This document shows, piece by piece, positions 1-9,218 of a stretch of 27,886 bases of DNA. Numbering within the stretch: position 1 is the first letter of the stretch; each line of letters starts with the position of its first letter. The position numbers and the translations under genes are program-made. Under the pieces are notes generated by a model. It saw only the letters and a program-made list of their open reading frames with translations. It was not told where the DNA came from and did no database searches. The stretch is from a virus (taxonomy: Duplodnaviria; Caudoviricetes): positions 1 through 27,886 of the IMG/VR virus record IMGVR_UViG_3300046786_001162; one strand, given 5' to 3'.

Positions 1-480
1 GCTATGGATAATCCAGATCTCAACCCTGATTTTATATTTTTACGTCCAGCACATAATTTCAGAAGTACCGAAATAAATGCGATTATTGGTTTATCACAAT
101 TGCCAAAGTTAGATATAAAAAATCAACAAAGAATAGACAATTTTAATTACTTTATGTCTGGACTTGACAAAAATAAATTTGTCACTGAAATCAATATTGA
201 AGGCAACTGTAATTATGCTTTCATTGTAATTTCAAGAGATGCAGATTTTAATAAAAGAAATGAAATTGAAAGAAAATTAAGAAATAATGGTATAGAATTT
301 AGAAGAGGACTTTCTGGTGGTGGAAATCAAATGAGACAGCCGTTCTTCAAGTCAACATATACTGATTTTTCTGATTATCCAAATATTGAACATATTCATA
401 ACTTTTCTTGGTATATTGGCAACTATCCAGGTCTTGAAAAAGAAAAAATTACTAAACTCCTTGAGGTTTTAAATGGCTAG
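1..480 (+). CDS. DegT/DnrJ/EryC1/StrS-family PLP-dependent sugar enzyme, C-terminal part (5'-truncated by the window edge); ColD/RfbH-like subgroup
   Basis: C-terminal DegT motifs PAHNFRSTEINAIIGLSQL, GIEFRRGLSGGGNQMRQP and YIGNYPGL. The N-terminal PLP-binding half is missing, so the gene probably starts before base 1. Confidence 0.85.
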   Translation, partial: AMDNPDLNPDFIFLRPAHNFRSTEINAIIGLSQLPKLDIKNQQRIDNFNYFMSGLDKNKFVTEINIEGNCNYAFIVISRDADFNKRNEIERKLRNNGIEFRRGLSGGGNQMRQPFFKSTYTDFSDYPNIEHIHNFSWYIGNYPGLEKEKITKLLEVLNG

Positions 481-982
481 ATCTGATTGTCTTTCTGGTG
501 TGACAATATTAACTAAAGATTCATTTATTGATGATCGTGGAGAATTATTTACCATTTGGAAAGACACAGACACTCCATTTATGAATTTCAATCATGATAA
601 GGTGGCTACTTCAAATAAAAATGTATTGAGAGGTTTGCACACTGATAAATCGTGGAAATTGATTACTTGTTTGTATGGAAAAATACAATTAGTTGTTGTA
701 AATTTTGATAAAGAAAGTTCTGAGTATTTATCCTGGACTGATTATATTTTAGATGCTGACAGTAAAGAAAAATTAAGCATATTAGTTCCACCAGGTTTTT
801 TGAACGGTCATTTAGTCCTGAGTGATAAAGCTGTGTTCCATTACAAATGGAGTTATCAAGGTGATTATCCCGATGTGAAGGATCAAACTTCCCTAAAATG
901 GTCTGATCCAAAAATTGGTATAATTTGGTTAATAGATAACCCAATTTTATCTGAAAGAGATAAAAATACACAATTATTATGA
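473..982 (+). CDS. rmlC: dTDP-4-dehydrorhamnose 3,5-epimerase (RmlC/RfbC cupin family)
   Basis: Motifs DDRGELF, VLRGLH, VPPGFLNGH, WSDPKIGIIW and PILSERDK. Confidence 0.9.
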   Translation: MARSDCLSGVTILTKDSFIDDRGELFTIWKDTDTPFMNFNHDKVATSNKNVLRGLHTDKSWKLITCLYGKIQLVVVNFDKESSEYLSWTDYILDADSKEKLSILVPPGFLNGHLVLSDKAVFHYKWSYQGDYPDVKDQTSLKWSDPKIGIIWLIDNPILSERDKNTQLL

Positions 983-1749
983 AAGAACTATACAAACATA
1001 TCAATATACTTGTAATTGGAGACTCATGTATTGATGTTTTTAGGTATGGACAGGTGCCAAGGATAGCTCCAGAAGGTCCAGCTCCTGTTTTTAATCCCAT
1101 CGAAACCAAATCAAATGGTGGAATGGCTTTAAACGTTCAAGCAAATATTGAAGCAATAGGTGCTAAAGTAACTCTTATCACTCAAAATGAAAATATTGTT
1201 AAAACAAGATATGTTGATGAACGAACCAATAGTTTGCTCTTGAGAGTTGATGAAGAACAACAAGTATTCAGTATAGATTTAGAAATTGTCAAAGCAATCA
1301 AAGATAATTACTACAACGGTGAATATTATGATGCAATAATTATAAGTGATTATTGCAAAGGTTTTCTTTCAGAAAATCATATTTCAGAAATATCTAAGCA
1401 AAATAATAATGTTTTCCTTGATACCAAAAAAATATTAGGGGATTGGTGCACTTATTGCGATTTTATTAAAATAAATCATGTTGAATTTGACAGAACCAAG
1501 CACACTATAGATAATCTAAATATCAATAATAAATTGATAATCACTCATTCAGATAAAGGATGCGAATATAAGTCTAAGATGTTTCCTGTAGAAAGAGTCA
1601 ATTGCAAAGATATGTCAGGTGCTGGAGATACTTTTATTTCTGGGTTAGTGTGCGAATTTGCTAAAAGCAAAAGTATTGAGGAAGCAATTAAATTTGCTCA
1701 AAAATGTGCTACTAAAGTAGTCCAAAAAAGGGGAGTTTGCACAATATGA
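979..1749 (+). CDS. hldE: PfkB-family sugar kinase resembling the kinase domain of HldE/RfaE (D-glycero-D-manno-heptose-7-phosphate kinase)
   Basis: Motifs VIGDSCIDVF, RIAPEGPAPV, GGMALNV, KTRY, ISDYCKG and the PfkB signature DMSGAGDTF. ATGA-type overlap with the next gene. Confidence 0.85.
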   Translation: MKELYKHINILVIGDSCIDVFRYGQVPRIAPEGPAPVFNPIETKSNGGMALNVQANIEAIGAKVTLITQNENIVKTRYVDERTNSLLLRVDEEQQVFSIDLEIVKAIKDNYYNGEYYDAIIISDYCKGFLSENHISEISKQNNNVFLDTKKILGDWCTYCDFIKINHVEFDRTKHTIDNLNINNKLIITHSDKGCEYKSKMFPVERVNCKDMSGAGDTFISGLVCEFAKSKSIEEAIKFAQKCATKVVQKRGVCTI

Positions 1750-2618
1750 TTGATATTGATAAATTGATTCGTGAAAAATTAGATCTGCAAGATACTTCTG
1801 ATGTGGAAGTTTACAGAACTATTGAAAGCAAAAATGAATATCATCCTAAAATTAAGGATATTGTCAACGAATACATAGAACAAATTGAACCTTGCCACGA
1901 TGTGGAAATCGAAAAATCTTTAAAAGAAAATGGATATGTTGTTATTGAAAATTTCTTTAGTAAAGAACAAGTTGATGAAATTGTCAAATTAACAGAAAAT
2001 TTGCCAGGTTATAATTTTCATATTCCAAACAGAGCATTCAATCAAGAAACTAAAATTTTTTCTGATGATTCTGACTGGGCAATCACAGCTTACAAAATGG
2101 ATCATATGCTGAAGAATGAATTAATCTTAAAAACTATTACAGATGCAAAGTTAGTTTCATTGGCTCAATCTTATTTAGGATGTTTGCCAACAATACATTC
2201 GGTGAATTTATGGTGGAGTAAATTTACAGGCGAAGTTTTTCATACACAAAAAATCCACAGAGATATTGACGATTATAAGTTTTTAGCATTTTTCATTTAT
2301 CTATCTGATGTGGATGAAAATAATGGACCTCATGTCTTTTATCCAAAAACACAAAATGGCTCAAATGATTTAAGTGAAAAGAAAGTTATTACTGGGAAAG
2401 CTGGAACAGCAATTATTGCTGATACATATGCTTGGCATCATGGATCTCCACTTAATGAAGGGAAAAGATTGATGATTTGGACCAGATATGGTCTTTTTAA
2501 AAACAATAACTTTTATCGTGATAATAATTCAATATTTGAACAAGATGAAGAAGTTTTCTTCAGCAAAATTGAAGATAATTCAACTAATAGGTATATTTTA
2601 AGGGCATTTACAAAATGA
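1746..2618 (+). CDS. Fe(II)/2-oxoglutarate dioxygenase, phytanoyl-CoA dioxygenase (PhyH) family
   Basis: L-x-ENGYVVIENFFS N-terminal motif, H-x-D...H triad (HRDID ... WHHG), NGPHVFYP and a distal Arg. ATG at 1746 overlaps the upstream TGA (ATGA), so it is preferred over 1737. Confidence 0.8.
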   Translation: MIDIDKLIREKLDLQDTSDVEVYRTIESKNEYHPKIKDIVNEYIEQIEPCHDVEIEKSLKENGYVVIENFFSKEQVDEIVKLTENLPGYNFHIPNRAFNQETKIFSDDSDWAITAYKMDHMLKNELILKTITDAKLVSLAQSYLGCLPTIHSVNLWWSKFTGEVFHTQKIHRDIDDYKFLAFFIYLSDVDENNGPHVFYPKTQNGSNDLSEKKVITGKAGTAIIADTYAWHHGSPLNEGKRLMIWTRYGLFKNNNFYRDNNSIFEQDEEVFFSKIEDNSTNRYILRAFTK

Positions 2619-2905
2619 ATATGAAAGAATATTATGCAATGTACTTAACTTTGCATCAAAATAAAGTTTGCAGAAGATTGCATGTTTTAGGTCAGATAGC
2701 AACAATTGTATGGATTTTTTGTTGTGTAAAGTATCAATTTTATTGGTTCTTATTGCTTTCTCCATTTATAGTTTATCCATTTGCTTGGTCTGGACATTAT
2801 TTTTTCGAGAAAAATCAACCTGCTGCATTCAAGGATCCTATTAAAGCAAAAATTAGTGATTGGATTATGCTTTTTGATATCTTACGAGGCAAGATTTCTT
2901 TTTAA
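2615..2905 (+). CDS. DUF962 / Mpo1-like small membrane protein
   Basis: YLTLHQNKVCRRLHVLG and FAWSGHYFFEKNQPAAFKDP motifs with two hydrophobic segments. Confidence 0.85.
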   Translation: MNMKEYYAMYLTLHQNKVCRRLHVLGQIATIVWIFCCVKYQFYWFLLLSPFIVYPFAWSGHYFFEKNQPAAFKDPIKAKISDWIMLFDILRGKISF

Positions 2906-3696
2906 TGAGTTACAATCTTTTTATATGGACAAATCAGTCTAATGGCGATACATTGGGCATCATTTCGGTACTAGAGCTTTTATTTAAGACATATCCTGAT
3001 GTTAAAGTTAGATTTGCCTGTTACGAAGATCAGATGTACTTAGTCAAGCACTTACCAATGGAATTTTTTCCAATAAAAGGCAATTATAGAAATATTCCCG
3101 AAAGAGTAAATTTTTTCAAGAAAATAGATCCTTTGTTTTATGAAGGGTACACAACTATACACCTATGGGGAGGGTTGTATAGTTACCCACACACCTGGAT
3201 AAATCAAGTTAAAACATTTAATAATCAATGTAAAGAAAAAAATATTGAATTGCTTCTAGATGAATCAACTTGTGCTTTTGTAGAACTACCACATATTGAT
3301 GTAGATGTGAAAAATAATGCAGTGTATGTAGAAAATGGGCCAACAGTTAGTGGTCATAGCTACTACAATTTTGACATATATAAGTTGTCTTTAATGTTTC
3401 CAAAGACTAATTTTTATTTGACCGATCCAGTAAATTTTTCAGCAAACAATATTATTGATTGTAGTAAAAAAAATCTTATTGAATTAGCCAATATAAGTAA
3501 AAAATGTCAACTTATTTTAGGTAAAGGCAGTGGACCTTTTATGTGTGCTTATAATGAAACTAATAAAGATAAAGGAATGTATTTATTAGGATTTTGGCAT
3601 AACTACTCTCAATGGAATGATTTATTGAATGTAATATTGTTGAACAACGAAGAAGAAATGATAAATTTGATAAGGCCTATAAATAGACAAAAATAA
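2905..3696 (+). CDS. Putative GT-B glycosyltransferase, GT9 (heptosyltransferase)-like
   Basis: N-terminal GD-x-L motif (NGDTLGIISVLELL) and C-terminal LILGKGSGPFMCA resembling the GT9 DSGPMHLA motif. TAATG coupling and sugar-cluster context. Confidence 0.5.
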   Translation: MSYNLFIWTNQSNGDTLGIISVLELLFKTYPDVKVRFACYEDQMYLVKHLPMEFFPIKGNYRNIPERVNFFKKIDPLFYEGYTTIHLWGGLYSYPHTWINQVKTFNNQCKEKNIELLLDESTCAFVELPHIDVDVKNNAVYVENGPTVSGHSYYNFDIYKLSLMFPKTNFYLTDPVNFSANNIIDCSKKNLIELANISKKCQLILGKGSGPFMCAYNETNKDKGMYLLGFWHNYSQWNDLLNVILLNNEEEMINLIRPINRQK

Positions 3697-3729
3697 AAAG
3701 CTTTGAAGTAAATTCAAAGCTTTTTATTT
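3691..3729. terminator. Bidirectional intrinsic terminator between convergent genes
   Basis: Perfect 17-bp inverted repeat aaataaaaagctttgaa-gtaaa-ttcaaagctttttattt with T/A tracts on both sides. Confidence 0.85.
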
Positions 3730-5039
3730 CAGATATCAAAAAAACTATCTAAAACTTCACCTATATATGAAATCTGTTCCTCTGTAATAACTGGAGATGT
3801 GCCCAAAAAGAAAGTATCAGTAGTTATTTTTTTAGCAATTGGAAAATCATTTAAATCCATATCTCCAACCAAATGACTATAAGCTGGTTGCATTAAAATA
3901 TTACCAGCAAAATATGGCCTGGTTTGAATTTTGCGAGATTCAAAGTATTGACATATATCACTTCTTTTGAAAGGCGCATTATCTTTTAGGGTTATTGGAA
4001 AAGCAAACCAGTTTACATCTGCGTTCTTTTGAGCTACTGGTAGAACAAAATATTCTTCATACTTTGCAAATACTTCGGTTAGTAATTTATGATTTCTTTG
4101 ACGTATTTTTTTAATTTCACTAAGTTTTTCAATTTGGGCTAGTAACATACTAGCTTGAACTTCAATTGGTTTAAGATTGTAACCAATTTCTTCATAAACA
4201 TATTTATGATCAAAAACTTCTCCTGGCATACTAGGAAGCCATTCAGAAAATCTTTGATTACAAGCTCCGCATTCAGTAATATTTTGCTTACCTATACAGA
4301 AACATCCACGACCCCAATCTCTAATTGAACGAATGACTTTTTCTAAGTTTTCATCATTGCAAACAACTAATCCACCTTCTCCACAAGTAATATGATGAGC
4401 AGGATAAAAAGAACAAGAAGCCATAGTGCCAAAACTACCCAAAGGATTACCGTTGAATAATGACCCCAAAGCATCACAACAATCCTCCAGCAATATCAAT
4501 CCATAATGATCAATAATATCTAACAATCTGTGCATATCAGGAGGGTTTCCTAATACGTGGGCAAATGTTATAATTTTTATTTCTGGATCGGCTTGCAATG
4601 TAGCTTCAACATCATCAAGATTTAAATTTAATCCATCTAGTGAAATATCTACAAATACTGGCTTAAAACCACATTGAAAAATTGGATTTATAGTGGTAGG
4701 AAAACCAGCTATAGGTGTCAGGACTTTTGTTCCTTCGGGTAAATTCAAATATCTTTTTGACTTTAGTGCTGACATCATCAGAAGATTTGAACTACTACCA
4801 GAATTAGTAAGTAAAGCGTGATTCTTGCCAAATAAAGAAGCTAATTTCTTTTCAGCTTTATATGCTTCGGAGCCTAAAACTAACCAGCCATCTAATAAAG
4901 TAGAGACAGATCTAGTAATTTCTGTGTGATCAAAATAAGGACCAGCGTAATGAACATGATCTTTACCTGGTCTCCATTTTTTCTTTGGCTCAGATTTAAC
5001 ATATTCTTCAACTAATTTTAAAAGGTCTTCCTTAGTCAT
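3729..5039 (-). CDS. rfbH: CDP-4-keto-6-deoxy-D-glucose 3-dehydrase (E1, RfbH/DdhC), DegT family
   Basis: NSGSSSNLL, HVLGNP and EDCCDALGS motifs. SFYPAHHITCGEGG has His in place of the usual PLP-binding Lys. WGRGCFC...C Fe-S cysteines, FDHKYVYEEIGYNLKP and FAGNILMQPAY. Confidence 0.92.
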   Translation of the reverse strand: MTKEDLLKLVEEYVKSEPKKKWRPGKDHVHYAGPYFDHTEITRSVSTLLDGWLVLGSEAYKAEKKLASLFGKNHALLTNSGSSSNLLMMSALKSKRYLNLPEGTKVLTPIAGFPTTINPIFQCGFKPVFVDISLDGLNLNLDDVEATLQADPEIKIITFAHVLGNPPDMHRLLDIIDHYGLILLEDCCDALGSLFNGNPLGSFGTMASCSFYPAHHITCGEGGLVVCNDENLEKVIRSIRDWGRGCFCIGKQNITECGACNQRFSEWLPSMPGEVFDHKYVYEEIGYNLKPIEVQASMLLAQIEKLSEIKKIRQRNHKLLTEVFAKYEEYFVLPVAQKNADVNWFAFPITLKDNAPFKRSDICQYFESRKIQTRPYFAGNILMQPAYSHLVGDMDLNDFPIAKKITTDTFFLGTSPVITEEQISYIGEVLDSFFDI

Positions 5040-5045
5040 ATTGTA

Positions 5046-5053
5046 ATTATACC
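5046..5053 (-). promoter_or_regulatory. Sigma70-type -10 box (GGTATAAT) 6 nt before the rfbH ATG; probably leaderless
   Basis: Minus strand reads GGTATAAT-TACAAT-ATG, with no Shine-Dalgarno. Confidence 0.65.
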
Positions 5054-5057
5054 AAAT

Positions 5058-5086
5058 AAAAAAGGAGCTTTGCAGCTCCTTTTTTT
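5058..5086 (-). terminator. Intrinsic terminator with GCAA (GNRA) tetraloop after the methyltransferase gene
   Basis: Minus strand aaaaaaggagct-gcaa-agctcctttttt. Confidence 0.85.
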
Positions 5087-5780
5087 AGTTTAAAGGCAAA
5101 TCATCTATTTCAAAAATTAATGGATATTTTGCTTCTACGTGGCATCCAATAACTTCACCACAATGATAAAATTTATATTCAAAACTGTCTTCCCACATAA
5201 ACCCAATTTCTGTAAAATGACCCTGTGGGCGATCAATTCTTGAATCGCTTATATATTCCCAATAACTACCCTTTTCAAATCCACGGAATACATTGTCCTT
5301 CAGTGAATAAATCCACTTGTGATGAAAGAAACCACGATATCCCTTTATTCCATACCATTGCTCAAATCTCAAATACTCTGCGTACTTTGATGGCACAGAA
5401 ACAAAACCTCTCTTAGAAATTTTTTGCAACATATCACAAACCAAAGATGGATTTGAAATGTCTTCAAGGGTATGAGTACAAATGGCATAATCAAATTTGC
5501 CATTTTCAGCAACATAATCTAAAACTTGTTGCCAATTATCTCTTTGAGTAATATCAAAATCAAAGAAAGTTCGGTCTGGATGAGTTCGAACAAATTCATC
5601 CTTGCTACCTGGATCAACAAATATATCTACAACGTGAGTAGTGTGTTTGCACCAGGAATTGATTCCACCCCCCACATCAATTACAGTAAGATTAGGCTTG
5701 CTTTCTTTAAGTTCTTCGATATAGAGGTCAACAAAAGTTCTTGGCTTTGTAAAATTTCTAATAGATTTATGTGTTATCAT
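5085..5780 (-). CDS. Class I SAM-dependent methyltransferase-fold protein
   Basis: Motif I VIDVGGGIN and post-II motif KFDYAICTHTLEDISNP. Confidence 0.75.
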   Translation of the reverse strand: MITHKSIRNFTKPRTFVDLYIEELKESKPNLTVIDVGGGINSWCKHTTHVVDIFVDPGSKDEFVRTHPDRTFFDFDITQRDNWQQVLDYVAENGKFDYAICTHTLEDISNPSLVCDMLQKISKRGFVSVPSKYAEYLRFEQWYGIKGYRGFFHHKWIYSLKDNVFRGFEKGSYWEYISDSRIDRPQGHFTEIGFMWEDSFEYKFYHCGEVIGCHVEAKYPLIFEIDDLPLN

Positions 5781-5786
5781 AAAAAT

Positions 5787-5794
5787 ATTATACC
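5787..5794 (-). promoter_or_regulatory. Sigma70-type -10 box (GGTATAAT) 6 nt before the methyltransferase ATG; probably leaderless
   Basis: Minus strand reads GGTATAAT-ATTTTT-ATG, with no SD. Confidence 0.65.
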
Positions 5795-5797
5795 TTT

Positions 5798-5836
5798 AAA
5801 AAATAAAGACCCCTTCCGAAGAAGGAGTCTTTATTT
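5798..5836 (-). terminator. Strong intrinsic terminator with C(UUCG)G tetraloop after the major capsid gene
   Basis: Minus strand aaataaagactccttc-ttcg-gaaggggtctttatttttt. Confidence 0.9.
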
Positions 5837-5851
5837 ATGACTAGTTTAGAA

Positions 5852-6706
5852 TTAGCTAACGGTAATTCTTGAAACTGCGTAGTCATTGATGAGAGCAAAA
5901 CCGAGCTCTTCGTAAACAACCCATCCGAGTCTAAGTCTCTTTGGATCGTCTGCTGGGAGGACAGTGATGTCTTGGCGAACTGGCATTGCACCAACGAATT
6001 GGGCAGGTGCGAGAACGTAAACGCTGTTCTTAGGAACCATTGTGGAAACGTGGATGTCAGCGGAATAGATGTGTCCGTAGAGACCAGTCATAAGGATGTC
6101 TCTTTGAGTTGCCTCATCGAAGAATTCCTTACCCCAGTTTCTGATATCCTTGTAGCGTTGTGGGTGAAGAACAACCTTAGCACCGATCAACTCGTGCTCT
6201 TCAATGAGGGTCAACGCAAGGTTGACGTTCTCTGGTTGGAGAGTACCGGAAACGGAAATTGCTTGGTCAGTTGGAACACCAGCGTTGATAACCTTGAAGA
6301 CTTCTGTATCTTCTTGGCGTTGGAGGGAGTCCTTAGCACGGACTTGAGCTCTATCGACAATATAAAATCTTCTTTGTCTGATTTCATTAAGTCTGATTTG
6401 TGGGTGTGCAGCTAATTCAACTGTAGGAACGAGAAGCTCTTCAGCCTCAACCTCTGCAGTAGGAACAGCACCACGCTTAGGAATGACGTATGACTTTACA
6501 GCAACGTCTCTTTCGTAGCGAGCAAGAGCGCCTTGTGGGAGCTCATCAACCATCAAAAGCTTGCGTCCGATGGCTTGGTACATGAGGGAAGTCTTGATTG
6601 GCTCAACCATTGCTTGTGCAAGAGCTGTGCGTCCCTCTGGAGTCTCGAGAGCCATTGCAATAATGGATTCTCTTTGCTCATTTGTGTTTCTCTTAATCAT
6701 TGACAT
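5852..6706 (-). CDS. Major capsid protein, HK97 fold, small (284 aa; encapsulin-sized, phage G-like)
   Basis: Last gene of the portal-protease-scaffold-decoration cluster. Strong SD (AAGGAG) and a strong terminator. HK97-like pattern of spine helix (AKDSLQRQEDTEVF), VVLHP, GHIYSADIHVSTMVP and C-terminal GWVVYEELGFALINDYAVSRITV. Confidence 0.85.
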   Translation of the reverse strand: MSMIKRNTNEQRESIIAMALETPEGRTALAQAMVEPIKTSLMYQAIGRKLLMVDELPQGALARYERDVAVKSYVIPKRGAVPTAEVEAEELLVPTVELAAHPQIRLNEIRQRRFYIVDRAQVRAKDSLQRQEDTEVFKVINAGVPTDQAISVSGTLQPENVNLALTLIEEHELIGAKVVLHPQRYKDIRNWGKEFFDEATQRDILMTGLYGHIYSADIHVSTMVPKNSVYVLAPAQFVGAMPVRQDITVLPADDPKRLRLGWVVYEELGFALINDYAVSRITVS

Positions 6707-6740
6707 TTGAATAATTCTCCTTAATTTCCTAAGCTACAGA

Positions 6741-7400
6741 TTATGCACCACCAGCTAATTGGGTGAAGTAAAGCAAACCAGCAGCTGAATCATAGCTATC
6801 AACTCTACCAACGATAAGACCGTCAGTACCAGGAGTGCCAAGCTTGACTAACTTACCAGCATTTCCAGCAGCAGCAGCAATGGTCATAAGATCGCCAGGA
6901 GCTGGGGACCATGCAGAACCACCGTCAGTACCAGCTGCATTTGATGCGCCAGTGAGGTAGAATCTATCAGTGATAAATTGTGCGCCTGGGCTGTTGAAAA
7001 CGCCTACGCCTCTTCTTGGACCTTCATATCCTGAAGAACCTGCAGTTGGGTTGGTAACACCATTGACGTTCTCAGCTAAGAAGTCGCCAATAGCTCTCTT
7101 TGAAACAACGTAAAAACCGTTGTTGTTAGATACGAGAGCGCCGTTTGAATCGGTGTATGAAGAACCAACTGGATCAGCGAGGATCATTGTGTTGCCAGTT
7201 CTTGCTGTATCATCAGCTGAAAAACCTACGAATCTACCAAGTTGTTGAGCGATTGTTGTAAAACCTGTAGCTGCTCTGTATCCAGCAGAAACTGTTCCAT
7301 CGGTAACGCTGATCATAAGAGCGTCACCAGCGAGGAATGAAGCAGAAGCAGCTGTATTGTAGTTAGCAACTACGAGTGTGTTTAATGCACGAATAGCCAT
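6741..7400 (-). CDS. Putative head decoration (cement) protein
   Basis: Ala/Gly/Thr-rich, beta-type 219-aa protein immediately upstream of the MCP, with FLAGDAL, PGDLM and GKLVKL turns typical of decoration proteins. SD AGGAG. Confidence 0.6.
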   Translation of the reverse strand: MAIRALNTLVVANYNTAASASFLAGDALMISVTDGTVSAGYRAATGFTTIAQQLGRFVGFSADDTARTGNTMILADPVGSSYTDSNGALVSNNNGFYVVSKRAIGDFLAENVNGVTNPTAGSSGYEGPRRGVGVFNSPGAQFITDRFYLTGASNAAGTDGGSAWSPAPGDLMTIAAAAGNAGKLVKLGTPGTDGLIVGRVDSYDSAAGLLYFTQLAGGA

Positions 7401-7432
7401 TGTTTATTTCTCCTAATTATTTGTTGAGGAAA

Positions 7433-9103
7433 TTAGTCCTCGATGTTTGGCATTGTCCAGGTGCCTTTCAATGCACCTTGGATGTCAAGAGCTGCACTAT
7501 TGTTGGATAAACCACCACTTAATGCAGGAGATGTAGATACGCCTAATGTTGAAGCGGTTCTAGTACTCATTCTTTCAGCTGCAGCAGCTGCAACTCTTTC
7601 GGTTGAAGACTGTGCGGACTTAAGTAAGAGTTTGGTTTGTCTGATCATTGAGTCAGACTTAAGACCATCATTGATCATTTGCTCAGCATATGAATCAACT
7701 TCTTCAGAAGTAATAATTCCAGCTAATGCTAATTTTGTTGCACAGCTGTAAGAAGTCTTAACTCTTGCAAGATCAACTGCAGATGCTTTGAGTTGATTTA
7801 CAGCATTATAAGCATCACTCAATTCACCTTGGGTGGTATTGATTTTCTCTTGAGTCTTAACATGTTGTCTTGTGTCAACATTTTGTGCTTCAACTTCTTT
7901 ATCCTTGGATTCAGCATTTGTTGGGCAATCCTTGTTTGCACACTTGGTGTTAGGATCTTCCATAGCTGCTTCTGACATTCTCATTGAAGTGCCGCAAGCG
8001 GTACATTCAACTTCATGATCATCCTTGGATGCTGCAACAGTTTTTGTGGTCTTATGTGGCATTGAAGGCATTTGGGTTGGGATTTGTGGATGTTCAGCAT
8101 CTTCGAGTCCTTCAGAAGGATTCTCTAATTCGTTCCAATCAACTGTGTACTCTAATGAGCCATCTCCGGAACCTTCAAACTTACTAGGCTTTGTGACTGA
8201 AGGAAATTCCAATGAACCAGGATTCATTGTAGGAACTTTTTGTTCAGCCCAAGTTGGATTTTGTTCCTTAAGTGAGTTACCCTCACTGTTTTCCATTGTC
8301 ATGCTTGGATAATCAACTTCACCAGTCATGTCAACCAATTCTTCGTTATACTTAAATGAGGCTGACGCTGGATAAGTCTCTTCTTCTGAAGCAATCTTCA
8401 TGAGAATTTCTTCTCTTTCAGCTCTTCTTAAGAGAGCTTCTCTCTGTGCTTTGCGCTCAGCCAATGCTTGTTTAGTCATTGATCTAACCTCGTTGCTTTT
8501 TTTCATAAATTGTGTTTCATTGTCTTCGTCATCATCTGACTCATCTTCTGAATCCATATCATCTTCATCATCATTAAAATGGGTGATATCTTCATCATCA
8601 TCTTCGTCAGAATCATCATCTCCGCCAAGAAGATTATCTAGCGCCTCTTGCACAGCTTGTTGTGCTTGGTCAACCATATCAGCGGGAACTTCAATCTCAA
8701 AAGTGGCGACATCATCACTATCTTCTACTTCGTCTTCGTCTTCCATATCTTCATCAGACATGTCATCGTCATTTACATCTTCTGAATCTTCATCACTCTC
8801 AAAGTGATGAAATTCCATATCATCTTCATCATCGTCAGATTCATCGTTTGCGAAGTCAACAGTCTCTTTGCCATGATCAAGGTCTAAATTTGAAACATCA
8901 AGACCAGCTTGTCTTGCAATGTTAGGGAGATACTTTGCTCTGATTGCTTTTGCGACAACGACAGCTTCATTTGCATCCAAAGATGCTGTCTTTTCCATGT
9001 CGGAAGCACAGTTCATAAGATCTTCCTTATCAGTTGCATTAATTTCAGCTAATCTCATTGCTGCAAATCTTTCCTGATTGGCTTTATTCGAATTTCTATT
9101 CAT
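7433..9103 (-). CDS. Putative capsid scaffolding/core protein (very acidic, coiled-coil, one Cys4 motif)
   Basis: Lies between protease and decoration/MCP genes. Long D/E tracts, a helical segment ALAERKAQREALLRRAEREE and CTAC...CANKDC. The ATG at 9103 follows AAGGGA and is preferred over TTG 9145. Confidence 0.6.
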   Translation of the reverse strand: MNRNSNKANQERFAAMRLAEINATDKEDLMNCASDMEKTASLDANEAVVVAKAIRAKYLPNIARQAGLDVSNLDLDHGKETVDFANDESDDDEDDMEFHHFESDEDSEDVNDDDMSDEDMEDEDEVEDSDDVATFEIEVPADMVDQAQQAVQEALDNLLGGDDDSDEDDDEDITHFNDDEDDMDSEDESDDDEDNETQFMKKSNEVRSMTKQALAERKAQREALLRRAEREEILMKIASEEETYPASASFKYNEELVDMTGEVDYPSMTMENSEGNSLKEQNPTWAEQKVPTMNPGSLEFPSVTKPSKFEGSGDGSLEYTVDWNELENPSEGLEDAEHPQIPTQMPSMPHKTTKTVAASKDDHEVECTACGTSMRMSEAAMEDPNTKCANKDCPTNAESKDKEVEAQNVDTRQHVKTQEKINTTQGELSDAYNAVNQLKASAVDLARVKTSYSCATKLALAGIITSEEVDSYAEQMINDGLKSDSMIRQTKLLLKSAQSSTERVAAAAAERMSTRTASTLGVSTSPALSGGLSNNSAALDIQGALKGTWTMPNIED

Positions 9104-9184
9104 TTTTATGCTGCTTCCCTTAATAAAAATAAAATCTTTTATCAAAGAATCTATAAATTAGTTATTTATAAACTTTTTTTTAAC

Positions 9185-9210
9185 TTCTAGATAAGTTGTT
9201 TTTACACCTT
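9185..9210 (-). promoter_or_regulatory. Putative phage late promoter AAGGT-N16-TAGAA
   Basis: The same bipartite motif and spacing recurs before four other head genes. Confidence 0.65.
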
Positions 9211-9218
9211 TTTTAAAG

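Noticed and set aside
663-1109. 148-aa minus-strand ORF
   Set aside because: Antisense shadow of rmlC/hldE with no recognisable motifs or signals.
5788-5994. Alternative-frame ORF overlapping the MCP 3' end (possible frameshift extension)
   Set aside because: No clear slippery site, and it runs through the strong UUCG terminator.
5852-6706. Cellular encapsulin nanocompartment operon
   Set aside because: Terminase, portal and prohead protease in the same module indicate a virus head.
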